The notes under the pieces: generated by a model
What the model saw: the letters and a program-made list of their open reading frames with translations, nothing else
What the model was told of the DNA's origin: nothing
Databases searched by the model: none
Shown: in pieces, positions 1-13,636 of the stretch
How positions within the stretch are numbered: the first letter of the stretch is position 1
Layout: each line of letters begins with the position of its first letter
DNA from: Girardia tigrina
Lineage: Eukaryota
DNA length: 52,609 nucleotides
Direction of reading: 5' to 3'
Assembly (NCBI GenBank): GCA_001938485.1
Contig: MQRK01248256.1
Location: 9,723-62,331 of the forward strand
Made by a program: the position numbers and the translations under genes

Positions 1-940
1 GACATTGGCCAGACCGTTTGAGTGTTCAAAAACTTCAGTTCAAATCTAATCGAAAATATATGAAAATAAAATAACGGTCGTAACATTTAGAACCCAAGTT
101 TTTAACATCAAATTAAATGTATTACATAAGTTAATGTATGACTTTTAAAAAGTCGTAACATTACTTTTATGTTTGAAATTGATATTAAACTGGTTTTTAT
201 TCACTTACCTTATTTTTGGTTCACGTAGTAATGCACTAAAGTAANNNNNNNNNNNNNNNNNNNNNNNNNNNNNNNNNNNNNNNNNNNNNNNNNNNNNNNN
301 NNNNNNNNNNNNNNNNNNAATTTGCAGTAAATGAAATCGTTTTCACCAACCTTAGGCATCATACTTTTTATTTTTAATTCAACTTGATCTCCATGGACAC
401 TTTTAAATTTCAGCATAGATGTCCTGATTTATCTGGATTGCATGACGTGGATTTTTGTGAAACTTTTAATGAAAATATCAATAAAATACTAATTTATTTG
501 ATAAATGACGATTTCTATCACTTTTTTACTAATTATATTTCTAAAAATCAGTTTAGATTAAATTTGCAAACTTTCGTAATCATCTGATTCACGGTTTGTC
601 GGTAAAGCTCAAATTTTACTATGATCATATGTATGCTGATAAAATGAGAAATATTATAGGAAAAGTGAATGAATCCGCGTAAAGTTGAGATAGCTCTGTA
701 TAGTCCGCATTGAGACCGTTCTGACTGTACAGCGCCATTATCGAAATGCCCTGGGAGCCGATTTATTTGACTGACTGTTAAATTAACACAGAATTCGAAA
801 CAAATAATAAAAAAGTAGAATAACTACGATTTAAAAATTAAAACAGAAACTTTCAGTCGAAAATTCAGCCAACCCGTCAGTAGTATATAAACCGTGGGTA
901 TAGAAGCATACCCCAAAAAATTGTATCGAAAAGGCCTTTT

Positions 941-1501
941 TTAAACTTTTTTCCAATATTTATTTCTTTTTTTTGACAGAATATAATTGGACAGGAAACC
1001 GTATCTCCACGATATTTTAGGCTGAGAATAATTATTTTGTTTACGATAATTGCTGTTTTTAAATTTATCGTCATTGATACTCAGACAATTTTTAACGAAG
1101 CAATATAAAAGGTTGTGAGGGCAATAAGCTGCACCGGCGCTCAATAACAGTTGACAAATTTGATAGTTTCCACAAGAAACCGTAAGATCCAATGGTGTGA
1201 GGCCAGTTTCTTTATCGACAAAATTCACTTCGCAATTTTTATTCATCAATGACTGAACTATTTGCTCGTTCTCATTCCAAACNNNNNNNNNNNNNNNNNN
1301 NNNNNNGTGCAAGCCATCAGAATCAAGATCGGCACCCTTTCCAATCAGAAAGTTGACGGCAGAGACATTTATTCTCTCACAAAACACACGCAAAGGATAA
1401 GACATGTCAGAACAATATATTTTTGCCTCCTTTGCAATTTTATCGGCAATCTTTAAACGTTTAAGAATATGATCAATTTCTTTTGAATTTAATACTGACA
1501 T
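941..1501 (-). CDS. Short ankyrin-repeat protein (about 3 repeats), apparently intronless; contains a 25-nt N gap
   Basis: ORF contains VNFLIGKGADLD, IVQSLMNKNCEVNFVDKETGLTPLDLTVSCGNYQICQLLLSAGA (TPL..G...LL..GA ankyrin consensus). C-terminus uncertain. Confidence 0.7.
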   Translation of the reverse strand: MSVLNSKEIDHILKRLKIADKIAKEAKIYCSDMSYPLRVFCERINVSAVNFLIGKGADLDSDGLHXXXXXXXXVWNENEQIVQSLMNKNCEVNFVDKETGLTPLDLTVSCGNYQICQLLLSAGAAYCPHNLLYCFVKNCLSINDDKFKNSNYRKQNNYSQPKISWRYGFLSNYILSKKRNKYWKKV

Positions 1502-3042
1502 TTATTTTTATTTTTTTTTAATTGTTCAAAAGCAGAGCAAAACAAGAGACCTTTATTTTTTTTAAACTTTTCCAAATTGATAAACCTTTTTTTTTTTAAT
1601 TGAATTGAATTGTGAAAACAATTCACAAAAAAGTCCTCACACACACACAACAACAAACAGAAATTCACCAATCAACACACCCCACACATTCCTTACACAA
1701 AACACGCATACACACCAAATCAAATTACCTAATTACATTGGCAAAAAATTCCATTAAATCACAATAACCTCAAATTAAACAAAAATGAGGCTCACAATTC
1801 ATTGCTTCAATCAACGAATTCAAAACGTTGATTGATTGCATAATCAATCTCTCGTACTCAGACTGAAACTCGCACAAAGAAATTAAAAAGTTTAAATGTT
1901 GATTTGATGACATATGATAACTTGCTAAAGAAAGTTGATGCTTTGGCTCTGTTGCGTTTAAAAATAGATGATTCTTTAATTAATGAATTTAATTAAAGAC
2001 GTGATTTGTGTATTTGCCAAAGAAAGCATTGTAAATGAATAAATTATTTCTAAGATAAAAAATTTAAAAAATTTATTTAACTCATTTATTTTATTTAATT
2101 ATTTTAATTTCTTTTTAATTAATTAATTTATTTAATTTTATTTAATAAATATATTAATTTAATTATTTAAATATATATTTTTATCTACATTTTAAGACTG
2201 GCAAAATAAATGTTCGGTCAAAATTGGCAATTCTCCGCTCCAATAATAAAAAAATGAAGGTTATTAAAATAACTTCAATATATTTTTATCATTAAGATAC
2301 AGTTTTGTCGTTCATTAAATTTCAGTCTATTTTTCAATACAGACTACCACCACCTTCACAATTGAAACGTTAATTTATAGCAAATATTTCGGGTAAAAAT
2401 CTAATTACGTATGTAGCGCATAGATATTCATCGCAATGACACATTTATCAAACTATTTAAGCTCACATTAAAAGTATTGCTTTTTTTCAGATTTTAGATA
2501 TCGATATTTTTGACTTTAAAACAACATATCAAACATTGATAAATAACATTTATCAAGATATAATAATATAATATCTACAAAGATATGACACTAGAGTAGT
2601 TTCGATTTTCAAACAACTTTTATTTTCGACCATTGTTTTAGCTCGATTTCTCCGCGGCCGCGGCCGGGTTCAGACGGACTCGGGTGATTTTTTCAGTAGA
2701 TAAATGGCCTAAAAATATTCATGCAAGTCATTGTTCGTTTTATTTAATTGATTATTCGAAATTTTTTTAATGAAAACCATAAATACAAAGGTCCATATAA
2801 ATATTATGAAATATAAATATTAAAAAAATATAATAATTGCTGGAATATGAATATAAAAAATTATTAATAGTTAAGGAAAATAAAATTAATTGCAAGGAAA
2901 ATAAAAAAAGAAATAGTAAATTATAAATAAAAATCAATTATTAATTAATACAAAAATATTCATAAAAATTAAATAAATCAAATAATAAAAGACAAAAACA
3001 AATGAAGTCAAGTCGAATCCATCTATGTATTAAGTGCCCCTG

Positions 3043-4111
3043 AGAAGTTCGGGTCGGACACTCCCTACACCGATGTGAGGTGTGGGGCGGCGACCGCGGT
3101 AAACTGAAGCGCTGACACTGTTGTTGAGGCGACGTTGACGGATGCTCGGCCCGAACGCGGAAGTCCCGACTGTTCCCACATTGACTCGAGATGATGGTCC
3201 AGGTCTATGTCGCCGTCGGTGAACGGACAGACATCCTCTCGCTCGACTACATATTCCTAAACATAAAAGAAAAAAAACGAAGGGACGAATTGTTGAACCA
3301 ACCGAATTTAGATGGTGGATTTACGAACAGAAAGGGGCGACCATCACGCCCAATCGGCCAACATTCACAACTGTGAATCATAAGTGATCCGTTTGTCAAT
3401 TGATTATCGGTCGATGTGTGGGACATTCTATTGGCAAACTCGGCCAGCATTCCAAGATCGATGTTCGTGACTCCGTTGACGATTTTTTGGCCGTCCGGTG
3501 GAAGCGATGAGACAAAGAACGTGCGGACGATTTGCTCATTGTCTTTGGTGATTGCAGGCTTGATTGATTCGAGATCGCGTGCGCATTTCGATAGATGTTC
3601 CGACGGTTTATCGTGTTGCGCAATCGGATGAGACTGGAAATACGAGCGGATGATGTCGTCCGGCTGTGAGTGGTAGTGGTCGATTAAAAGATCCTTGAGC
3701 TAGATGTAAGGGTCGAAAGACAGATGCTTGGAGAAGATCGTCCGACAGGAGTTTGAGAACGGGTTCCGGGAGGTATGAAATTGTCTGGTAGAATTTGTAG
3801 GGAGATGAAAATATGTAGAAATCGAATTTCGCTTCGAGAATTCGAAACCAGGATTTCGGGGAACCCGATTTGTTAAGAAAAAAACGGAAGTTCGTCCATT
3901 TGGTTTTTTAGTAGAAAAATGACGAAGATTTTTTTAAATTGTGATTATTTAAACAAGTATTTTTATTTTGTTTTTTTTTAAATATTAATTTTCTAATTTA
4001 TTCTCGCTCCACATCACCGCCACCCATTTACTTTTTCGATCAATCCGTTCACATTTTTTTTATCATTTTTGTTATTAAAAAAATTATTTTTATTTTTTTT
4101 AATTCACTACA
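3043..4111 (-). mobile_element. Non-autonomous retro-like element, copy 1, carrying a degenerate Ty3/gypsy Gag-like ORF
   Basis: Minus strand reads GGGGGGC|TGTAGTGAATT (PPT-like tract, then LTR-like start at 4111). ORF from ATG 3899: MDELPFF..SPKSWFRILEAKF..YKFYQTISYLPE..DPY.*LKDLLI..DKPSEHL..RTFFVSSLP..LAEFANRM, with one frameshift and one stop; this follows the gypsy capsid pattern as I recall it. Both flanks are shared with 35727-36848. Confidence 0.65.
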
Positions 4112-4595
4112 GCCCCCCATGAATTATCGATCACAGTCGGCGTCGTCGCTACCCCCCCCGTTTTGACCAGGTGGTGTCGTGCGGGATCGACTTCGCGTTT
4201 ATTTATTATTCAAGTGCATCAGCACTTTTTTTTGATATTCTGCTCCCTTGTACCTCTAAAATCGATGTGCACTTTGTGTAAATTTGCACATTATGCTAAT
4301 TATATAGAAAAGTAATCAATATAGGAAAAATCTAATTGCACATTCAGATAGAGAATCAAAATGTGCATCAAATACATGAAATCTATTTTTGACACTAGTA
4401 CTTTTAAAAAATTTTATGTATTGATTTTTGCACTTTTGCAAATGTGCAACTTTAAAAACCATTGTGCTAGCACATTAGAAATGTGGGGCACAATGTGCAC
4501 TATCGATTAGCACTTTAAAATAACGATCAGCATATATGGGCAGCGTGCAGCAATCGATTAGTATTGTTTTCTACGTTCCTTAGTGCTGGGTCATG

Positions 4596-4830
4596 GTTGC
4601 TATGGATACGGTAACCGTTACCATGGTTACAACCGCCTTGAATCACAGTATCCGTTGCCAATGAAAAACTTCCTTTGGTTACCGTTGCTATAGTAACGAG
4701 GACCTTGGTTACCGTCACCAAGTGAACTGGAACCGTTGCTGCCTAGGCTATGGTAGCCGGAACCGTTGCTAAGGTATCAGGAACCAATCGGAACCGTTGA
4801 TATGGTGATCGCGATCGTTGCTATGGCAAC
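4596..4830. repeat. Degenerate tandem array of X-box (RFX-site)-like palindromes
   Basis: GTTGCTATGGATAC 4596, GTTACCATGGTTAC 4617, GTTGCTATAGTAAC 4684, GTTGCTATGGCAAC 4817, plus weaker copies, most preceded by (A)ACC. Confidence 0.6.
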
Positions 4831-4869
4831 GGGCTCCCCCCCTAGGGGGTCTTATGGATCGAATGCCCA

Positions 4870-5360
4870 TTTTTCACCTACTTTCTACCAATTTTGCTTG
4901 TTCTTCCGTCCAATCCTCTTTGGCCTTCCTCAGTAACCTCCCAACTTCCTTGTTTGCCTTCCTGTAATCTTGCATGTGCTCTTCACCGTTATTTCTCTTG
5001 CTTTTCAGTTGAAGTCATCTGTCACAGCATTCCAATACCTCTCCATTGATCCAGGGTTTCTTCGTCTTTCGTCTTTTACCCAGAATCCTTTCGACAGTAT
5101 CCGTGATAATGTTTCTGAACTCGTCACAGAGCTTTTGTAGTTGCTGGTCTTCTAGTAGCTGCAAGGGAGCGAATTTCGATGATAGTTCACTCTGATATTT
5201 GTCCTTAATTCTAATATCCTTCAGTTTCTCAAGGTCGAAAAGCGCTCTTTAATGTTTTGTTCTGGTTTTTGTGGAGAGCGTTAATTTGAAAGTTGTTATG
5301 ACAATATCATGATCGCTTCTTATGTATGGTTTCTTGAGAGTTCTAGTTTTGGCTAAATTG
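4870..5360 (-). mobile_element. Degenerate RTE-type LINE fragment (end of endonuclease plus linker)
   Basis: Translates SDHDIVITTFKL..FDLEKLKD..RILGKRRKTKKPWINGEVL..YRKANKEV..RKAKEDW with stops. Confidence 0.7.
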
Positions 5361-5649
5361 AAATTGTTAATGAGTTGTGAGTGTGTAAATAAATACATTG
5401 TTTGTGTGTGTATGCAGTGTAGTGTGATATTTTTAATGTAAACATAATTATGTATGTATGTCTAAATGTGGTGATCGACACATTTTTTGAAATGAGATAT
5501 TTTCATTGTAACTATACATTTGTCATTTTAAATTGACATATTTTCCTTTTATTTTGAAATTTTGATTTTGACTTTAGATTGTAATATATGTTTAAAGATT
5601 AAAAATAGAAAAATAAATAAAAATAAATACATGATGGTAAAAAGTACAG

Positions 5650-5880
5650 GTGAAGTTTTAACAACATTAGCTAGTCTTCGCAGGTATTTCAGTATATCAT
5701 CATTTGATTCATTCACATGCAGTGACATATATTTTTTTAACCTCTGAACGACCTGATTGAAAATTTGCCAAAGTCCATCTGGGACAAGCTATATCTTTTT
5801 CTAGTCCATCAAGCAAGGTACAAACACTGGGGGGCTGCAGTGAAATATGGCATTTACAACATTGTGAAGATCTTTACAAC
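5650..5880 (-). mobile_element. Possible MULE transposase C-terminal remnant
   Basis: LHNVVNAHISLQPPSVCTLLDGLEKD..DILKYLRRLANV resembles MULE C-termini; short and degenerate. Confidence 0.35.
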
Positions 5881-6831
5881 AATTTGTAGTTTTTGTTGTT
5901 ATTTTAGTGGTTATTTTTAAATCAAAATTATTTTCAATTAAAAATTGTCGTAAATATAAGTATAAAATTTTCCGGAAATTCTAGATTATTGATTCTAGAT
6001 TATAATTGTGCATGTGCAGAAGGTCAAGTCAATACTTAACGATTATTTGTTATGTTGTTTGTAACTTAATCTTTTAATTTTATTATTTTTGTTAGATGCA
6101 TTACAGTTAAAAACTACGCAATCCTTGGTTTTATTCCAACAACTGACAGTTATAAAAATTGTAATTTATTTATTTTGAGAATGTTTTTTAGTTTTATTGA
6201 TATCAAACCGGAACAGAAAATTTATTTAATTTATTAATTTAAATTTAATTTTTCTTTCAACGTACGATTACTATATTTCCTTAATTTCTGTTAATCTTGA
6301 TAAATAATTTCTTTTTAATTTTTAACGACCTTTGCTTTTCATTTTAAATATTACCAACGACATTTTAATTCTTTACATTAGCCATTTTATATGTTGATGT
6401 AAAGTTTCATTTCACTATTTTCAGTGTGTTTATTTAATACTTTTAACTCTCATTCTAATTTTAATTTATTTAAAATTTCTTTCTGATTTCTGTTTTGTTT
6501 TGCATCAATCTAAAATCCCATCTATAGCACTGACCTCTTTAAAAAACTCTTAGATAATGAAAATAAATCTAATAGATAACATGGCACCTGTGTATAACTC
6601 AGCCGAAATGTTCTTGCCAAAATTATTTATTGTTTCTGTTAAAAATTTTTTCAATAATTAAGTTTTTCTATTGGGAACCTTCACATTAAAGTTGATTTAA
6701 TTATTTTTGACACAGCTCTTGTTTCATGCTTTATTGTCTTTTTTCGTTAAAATTAATCTGAATACAAATATGAGATCTTAATATATGCAAATGGAGATTA
6801 AAAAACTTACATTGCAACAAACAAGATATAT

Positions 6832-6841
<10 letters not shown>

Positions 6842-6893
<52 letters not shown>

Positions 6894-6943
6894 NNNNNNN
6901 NNNNNNNNNNNNNNNNNNNNNNNNNNNNNNNNNNNNNNNNNNN

Positions 6944-6980
<37 letters not shown>
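6842..6980. repeat. (AT)n microsatellite spanning an assembly gap
   Basis: Directly visible. Similar tracts near 29800-29900, 39341-39380 and 49036-49063. Confidence 0.95.
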
Positions 6981-6986
<6 letters not shown>

Positions 6987-7097
6987 TTAGTGTATTATAT
7001 ATACGATACAAAACAGAAACAATTATATTCTTATATCAATAAATTTTAATTGTGATGTAACATTTATAAATTGATGAAAAGCGTTACATCCGTAAGG

Positions 7098-10000
7098 TCA
7101 TAAAAAGTCTACGGTACATTGGACGATGCTGTCAAAGTAGCTCAGTATTCCGATGGTGGAAAGCTCCAGTTTACTGAATGAAAACTGATCACTCCATTGA
7201 TTCTGATCCCTATCCGGTTTGTTAATTACACATTCCTTTGAAATACTTTTATTAATAGTCTCATTTAGTCTTAGATAAACTGTGATGGTTACATTCGCTC
7301 TGAAAGGCCATTGGAGAGAGTAATCATTCTCACTGGGGTACACAAACAAGCGAACCAACAAGACATCCTCCTTGCTCACTAATTTCATTCTCATTTTATA
7401 CATTTTATTTCTATTATAGAAGTATTTACTGCTAATGACTTCATTTGTATGTATTTTATCTATTTTACCAATGTCCCATTCAAACACTTTATCTTTAGCA
7501 TCCAAATATTTCTCTAATTTATTTAATCGGTTCTTAATCTCCTCTTTACGTTTCTTTTCCCTTAAGTTAATCTCAATTATTTCTCCATTGAGTTTATTCT
7601 TCAAATTATCGATATCGCGATCAAGTTTCACTGCTGCGATCTGAACGATTTATGATTATAACGTCCATAATGATACATATGTCTACCTTCAGTAACCCTA
7701 ATTCTTCCTGTATTCCTTCAAGGCTCACTTTATCACATTTTATACTCACACTTGCTCGTATTTCTGCTATTTCCGTTTCCAAATTATTCTTTAAATTTTC
7801 CGTACATTGAAAAAAGTTTTCCTCGACTTTCTAAAGATAAAATAAATAAATATAATAATATTAATAATAATATTATTATTATAATAATATTATTATTATT
7901 AAAATAAATATAATAAATAAATATATATATAATATTAATAATTATTAAAAAGAATGTTAAGAGAACTCAAACATTTCACAGTTTTGATCATCTCTATGAC
8001 GATCAATAGTATTGCTCTTACTTAAATCCATCACTCAATGTTTAATAATTCTCATCCCAATCTGAAGTAACTTGAAGAAAATTATTTTATTTAAAATATT
8101 TAATTTAAATTTTATTGGCTAAAATAAAATTACTTTTTATAATCATTTTTAAACATTAATTTGATCAAAATTATTTAATAATTTACAAAAATACAATTAA
8201 TAAAATTATTTAAAATTTACAATAATAAAAATTAAAAATTTGAATATTAAATATAAATTTGAATAAATTAGTTTCAGATAATAAGAATTAAAATATTAAT
8301 CATCCATCTGATTAGGACAGGCACAATCCCAAATCAACACACAACATTTAAACATGTAAACACTACACAAAACACATCAACGCACCAAATATTCCTCACA
8401 AAGATTAAAAGTGAAACGAAATGGTTTGCTCTTAAAAGTTATAAATGAAATAGATTAAATCATAATGAACACGTTTTATAGAAAATTGTATCAAAATAGC
8501 AAAATGAAATAATTTTGAAAATAATTATTTTTATTATACAGTGCCCGCTCGATATAGTTACCCTTCCGACATTAAATTTTTAAAAATGTTTCATATACGA
8601 AATTTTATTGCTTATAACGAAGTAAGGAATCAAAAATGGGAATTGCATTTAAATGGTGTTATCACATAAAATATAAAAGTTAACAAATGAGCAACCAAAC
8701 ATGGAAGATAACAACATTCGATAGTTACATTAGTTCTTTTAATTTTTTCAAAATCCAACCTATTCATCTTTCAATTCAATAACTATATTTCTAAAAATTA
8801 ATTTAATAGTTTATTAAAACAAATTGCAAAACTTAAATAATAAATATTCAAAAAGTTGCTTAGATCGAATGTCAAAAACTAAAAATATAGACTACATCGT
8901 ATTTGACAAAATCGATGTGGTCGGTAATCTAAATGAAATGTGCTTCCTAAGGGAACTTAAAAAATGATTACAAATAAAAGAAAAACAAATAAGTATTCTA
9001 TTATTTACATATTTTGAAACGAGCATAGAATACACTATCAGTATGCATGTGGATAGGGGACAAAGACTCATTATCACCTGGGTAATGATTATTATCAGGT
9101 TGAACTGGATAGAACATTATATGATAAGATGGCTTTTTCTAGAAAGAAAGACTGCTTTAGAAGAATAACGATGGGGATAGATGCAGAACTCAGTTAATTT
9201 AGGGTACTGGAGAGAACAGTCGATTAGAAAGGAAACACCAATATACATAGATGATATATTGATTGCAGCACTTACACAGAACTCACATTAAAAGGTATTA
9301 TGCGAAATATGCAGCAGAATCAGAGGTATAAACCTAACAGCAAAACCAGAAAGAGAAAGTTTTTTTCAGTGAGAAGTTAAATTGTTGAGATAAAAAATTA
9401 AGATGACAAAAATTAATCCAGAGAAAATAGTCAAAATGTTTTAAGAATTTTAAACGTTCTTTATGAATTTTCAACAATGAAGGGTGATTTTTTCACCGAT
9501 AAGCTAAGAAAGCTCTGACATTAGAAGGAATGTAAAGATCGAATGTAAAGAACCTGCTTTAATATTTCCAGGCGTTAGTAAAGAATTCCTTGTGATAAAT
9601 GACGCCAGGTTTTACATTATAATAGCTGTGTTTTCAGAGGTATAGGAAGTTTGCTAGAAAACTGGTACCTGTATATGAATAGGATACAATGCAAGCTCTT
9701 GAGGACGAAAATGCATAAGAAGGAATGATTTGTCAGTGAACGTTTATTTATGCAGATATTTTCATAAATATATGCGTGATAAAAGATATAAGCTGAGGAC
9801 AGATTAAAGGCCATAACATTTTTGTCGTATACCAAACATCTGTCAACATTGCAGTTCTAGGTTTGGACGGACCATTAGAAGGGTCTGAATATATACATCG
9901 GTGCCAGGAAAAGAGAATGATTCGGAATCACAATAGATATTTATACGAGTCATGCACACAATGTTGATTACAAAACTAAAATGCTAACAGAAGCCAAGCA

Positions 10001-11670
10001 AAAGAAGTACAATAAGAATGTATACTCAAAAAAGAAAAGAAGTGAATTGATTTTCCAAAACCAAATTATTATGTCTAACGAGAACTGAAAGATATATCAT
10101 TAAATAAAAGATAAGTTCAAGGTGGAGGAAATTTATGTCGATGAAGACAAAAAAAGAAGTAATTTAATTAACATTGAAAGAAACATTTGACAAAGGGTAC
10201 ATAAACATTTGCTCCCATAGCGAGGAGCAATATTCAATGATAAATACTTTGGTAGGTCATGTTAGAAAATACATGATGTAGATGGCGAATGAACAAAAGG
10301 ACGAGGACAGAACAATAATATCAATTCTAACAAAATAGAAAGTGGAATTCGGAGACTCGAAAGACGTTCACGTGGACAATGGAAAGAATTTTGAAACAAA
10401 TATGATGCAAAAGATGATGAGAACTTAAGGCATATACTTGGTACCTTAAAGGTGATACTATGGTAACATTGACAGCGTTGAGGAAGAGGAATCATGGGAT
10501 ATACCGACATTCTTTAGAATAGTATTAAAGAAAGGAAGAAGACAATCAAAGCCAAGATGTTATTTAAATTGACAATTAATACAGCATACCATATGTCAAT
10601 TAACAGATACTCAGAAGAAGTTATGTTTGAAAGATAAATATATAANNNNNNNNNNNNNNNNNNNNNNNNNNNNNNNNNNNNNNNNNNNNNNNNNNNNNNN
10701 NNNNNNNNNNNNNNNNNNNNNNNNNNNNNNNNNNNNNNNNNNNNNNNNNNNNNNNNNNNNNNNNNNNNNNNNNNNNNNNNNNNNNNNNNNNNNNNNNNNN
10801 NNNNNNNNNNNNNNNNNNNNNNNCCAAAACCATAATCCTAATATTAATTATATTAAGTCTACGTCTATTCTTCCTTTTGTTATTCAAATCGTCCAATATA
10901 TATTGTATATATATATATATATATTTATTAAATATATTTAATACTTTATTTATATTTAAAATGATTTTATTGTTATTTTTAATTGTTCTTTGTTCAAACA
11001 AATGTAATTATTCAATGAAACTTTTTACCTTTAACAAAACAAGTTCTGATTGTTTTGCATTTTCTATGAACGATCCGACTTCATGTCTACATTCCTCCTC
11101 CTTTCCTTTCAACCAGTCTATTTCCCGTCTATTCTTCTCCAGGATCGTCTTCAAGGAAGACATCTCAGATACATAATATTCGTTCTTCTCTTTCATTTCA
11201 TTCCTTAGATTATTTATTATTTCAATTAAGAAGTGATTGTCGCCGAGATTCTTGCTCCACAAAGTCTCTTCTTTTCTCCTTTCCTCAACTTCTTTTTCTG
11301 GTTTCTTTTTCTCTGTACATTTTTCCAAGTGAGATTCCATATTTGCTAGTTGATCTTTATACCCACAACCTTTTTCGTCACATCTTGCAATTAATTCCGA
11401 TATTTTCTGATTTTTACTGGAATTTATTTTTATTTTGTTTAAATTAGTTGCTTTACATTTCTCTGTGTCTCCGGAACAAAACGTTCTTCCGTTTCTTAAA
11501 GACGTTTTGACGCATTCTTCACAAAAATTGCATCCGCAATCCGCTTCAAACGCGTTTTTGAGAACGGATTTACAAATTCTGCATTTTAATTCCTCTTTTA
11601 CGTCGCTGATTATCGTCAAATTATGCTCCAATAATAATTTATAAATATTATTTATATTTTCATTCATCAT
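7098..11670 (-). CDS. TRAF-like protein (RING, one TRAF-type zinc finger, coiled coil, MATH), 3 exons, about 442 aa
   Basis: Exons 11670-11029, 7830-7687 and 7640-7098; both introns GT-AG and phase 0, joining without stops. RING CRIC..CGCNFCEEC..C; zinc finger CDEKGC..HLEKC; MATH motifs FEWDI, YKMRMKL, NDYSLQWPF. Confidence 0.85.
8900..10620 (+). mobile_element. Decayed Ty3/gypsy pol remnant inside TRAF intron 1
   Basis: RT motif IYIDDILIAA at about 9241; integrase-like DNGKEF at about 10375; many stops and frameshifts. Confidence 0.75.
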
Positions 11671-13565
11671 CCTTTATAATTTAAAACGTCTTTCAAAAAT
11701 AAATATTAATTGACACAATTTTTAATAAATCAATTCTGATAAAAAATTAAAATTTATTAATTAATTTTTTGATTAAAAAGATAAAATAAATATTAAATGT
11801 ATAAATTTATTGAATATTTTATACTTTAAAATTTTTAATGATTAAATATTCCAAATAAGCGCAATTAAACAAATATTCGTACTTTGTGTCATACGCGTTT
11901 TCGAATTTAAAATATACATTTATTATTACAACTTTAGTTATTATTATTATTTTAATAATAATAAAATTAAATTTAACATTAAAAATAACAAAAAATAAAA
12001 TCTATTTACTGAACATTATTTATATTTTTTTTTAAAAAAAGAGTAAACTTGTAAAAGAACAAAATAAATTAATAAATACAAAATTAATATCTAAAAATTA
12101 AGAAAACTATTTTTTACAAAAATTAAATTTTCTACTTTTGTTTCAATTGATTCAAAACGGTCTGTAAAGAATATGAGGAATATTTTATATTGTGTATGAA
12201 TGTGGTGTGCTCATTTGAATATGTTGAAATTGGAATTGTGATTTGCGCAACAATTTGAAAATTGGTGGTTTATTGTATTGGCGAGTACTGATCATTCTAA
12301 CAGAATTGATATTAAAATTAGTGACAATTCAATAGTCCAATATAGATCTATAAATCTAAAAAGTAATAAGTTTGGGTAAAATTTTAATATAAGTAATCTG
12401 TTTCGAAAATTTAAACGAACATATTTAACGTATTAAATAAAGACATTAAGGTGTATAAATAATTTTACAATTAGTTTTAATTAGTTTTTATAATTTAATG
12501 AAATACTTTTCACATAAATGCATAATTGCGTTTTTTTTGTAATGAAATTATATTTAAATAAAATAATTTTCAAGTTAAAAGCGCTTAATTGATTAATTTT
12601 ATAAAGAATATCTAAATGTTTGGGATTTAAATATTTGTTAGTGTTGATAAATGTGAAAGTAAAATATTACTATTAATAAATTATGAATAATAATTAAAAG
12701 AGAATAATTAAATAACAAACACGAAAATAGTTTTTTTAATACTTTTATTAATTTACAATAAAATACAACTGGATTCACAAACAATAAAATTTATGAAACT
12801 TAATCAAAAGTTGATACTTAAAAAGGAATCACCAATGCTGGTTAATCCTTGATAATGACAGTTGATAATATACATTACTGAGTTTAAAAATATAACAAGG
12901 AATTAATGATTTTAAGAATATTGATTTTAATTAAAATAAAATAATTTTAATAAAATAATTTTCAAGTTAAAAGCGCTTAATTGATTAATTTTATAAAGAT
13001 ATAAATAATGAATATAAATAATGAAGGATAACAGTGACCATTTGAAGGATCCAGATAATTATCAAATGTAGATAAGGCCTACTTCTAAAATTGACTGTTC
13101 TCAGTTCCTGTTCTTTCGGCTTTTCGTCTTTTTCGTCAATTGAATTTTTCCGTCAAATATCTCTGCAAGGGATAGTTCCTTGTCTTGGATTCGTTTATTT
13201 GAGAATTAAAATTAGTTTTTGTTAAATTTTAATTGAACATTGAAACTTTTATGATTTTTACAATTAAAATTTTACCTTAATTGAATATTGAAACATTTAA
13301 AATTTTTGACGTAATTCCATATCTATTTTATATAATATCTTAAATCCTGTGTGGTTGCTTTGTTTATGTTATCGATCACTATTGTTTATCTTAATTGATA
13401 AGAATTAACTTTGGATTGACATCTAAATAATAGGGTGACGAAACTTTAAATTTTAACTTTAATTGTACTTTTTCAATTAATTAAAATTGACATTTTAAAT
13501 AACCTTCTTTTTTCTTTTAATTAATTATTCTTTCTTATACTACTGATTTCTTTCTCCTTCTTTAA

Positions 13566-13636
13566 CCCTTGTTCGTGTTTCTGGGTCATAGTGACCCAGA
13601 AACACGGCTTAAAAGTTCTTACTACACCGACAAAGG
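13566..13636. mobile_element. 71-bp piggyBac-type miniature element
   Basis: TTAA on both sides (13562-13565, 13637-13640); imperfect TIR CCCTTGTTCGTG / CACCGACAAAGG; internal perfect 15-bp hairpin 13574-13606. Confidence 0.65.

Noticed and set aside
4172-4197. tRNA-3'-end-like sequence (minus strand GTCGATCCCGCACGACACCA)
   Set aside because: No cloverleaf upstream; better explained as a retroelement terminus or PBS-like sequence.
12560-13000. About 50-bp direct repeat (AATAATTTTCAAGTTAAAAGCGCTTAATTG) 390 bp apart
   Set aside because: No element features between the copies; probably a local duplication.
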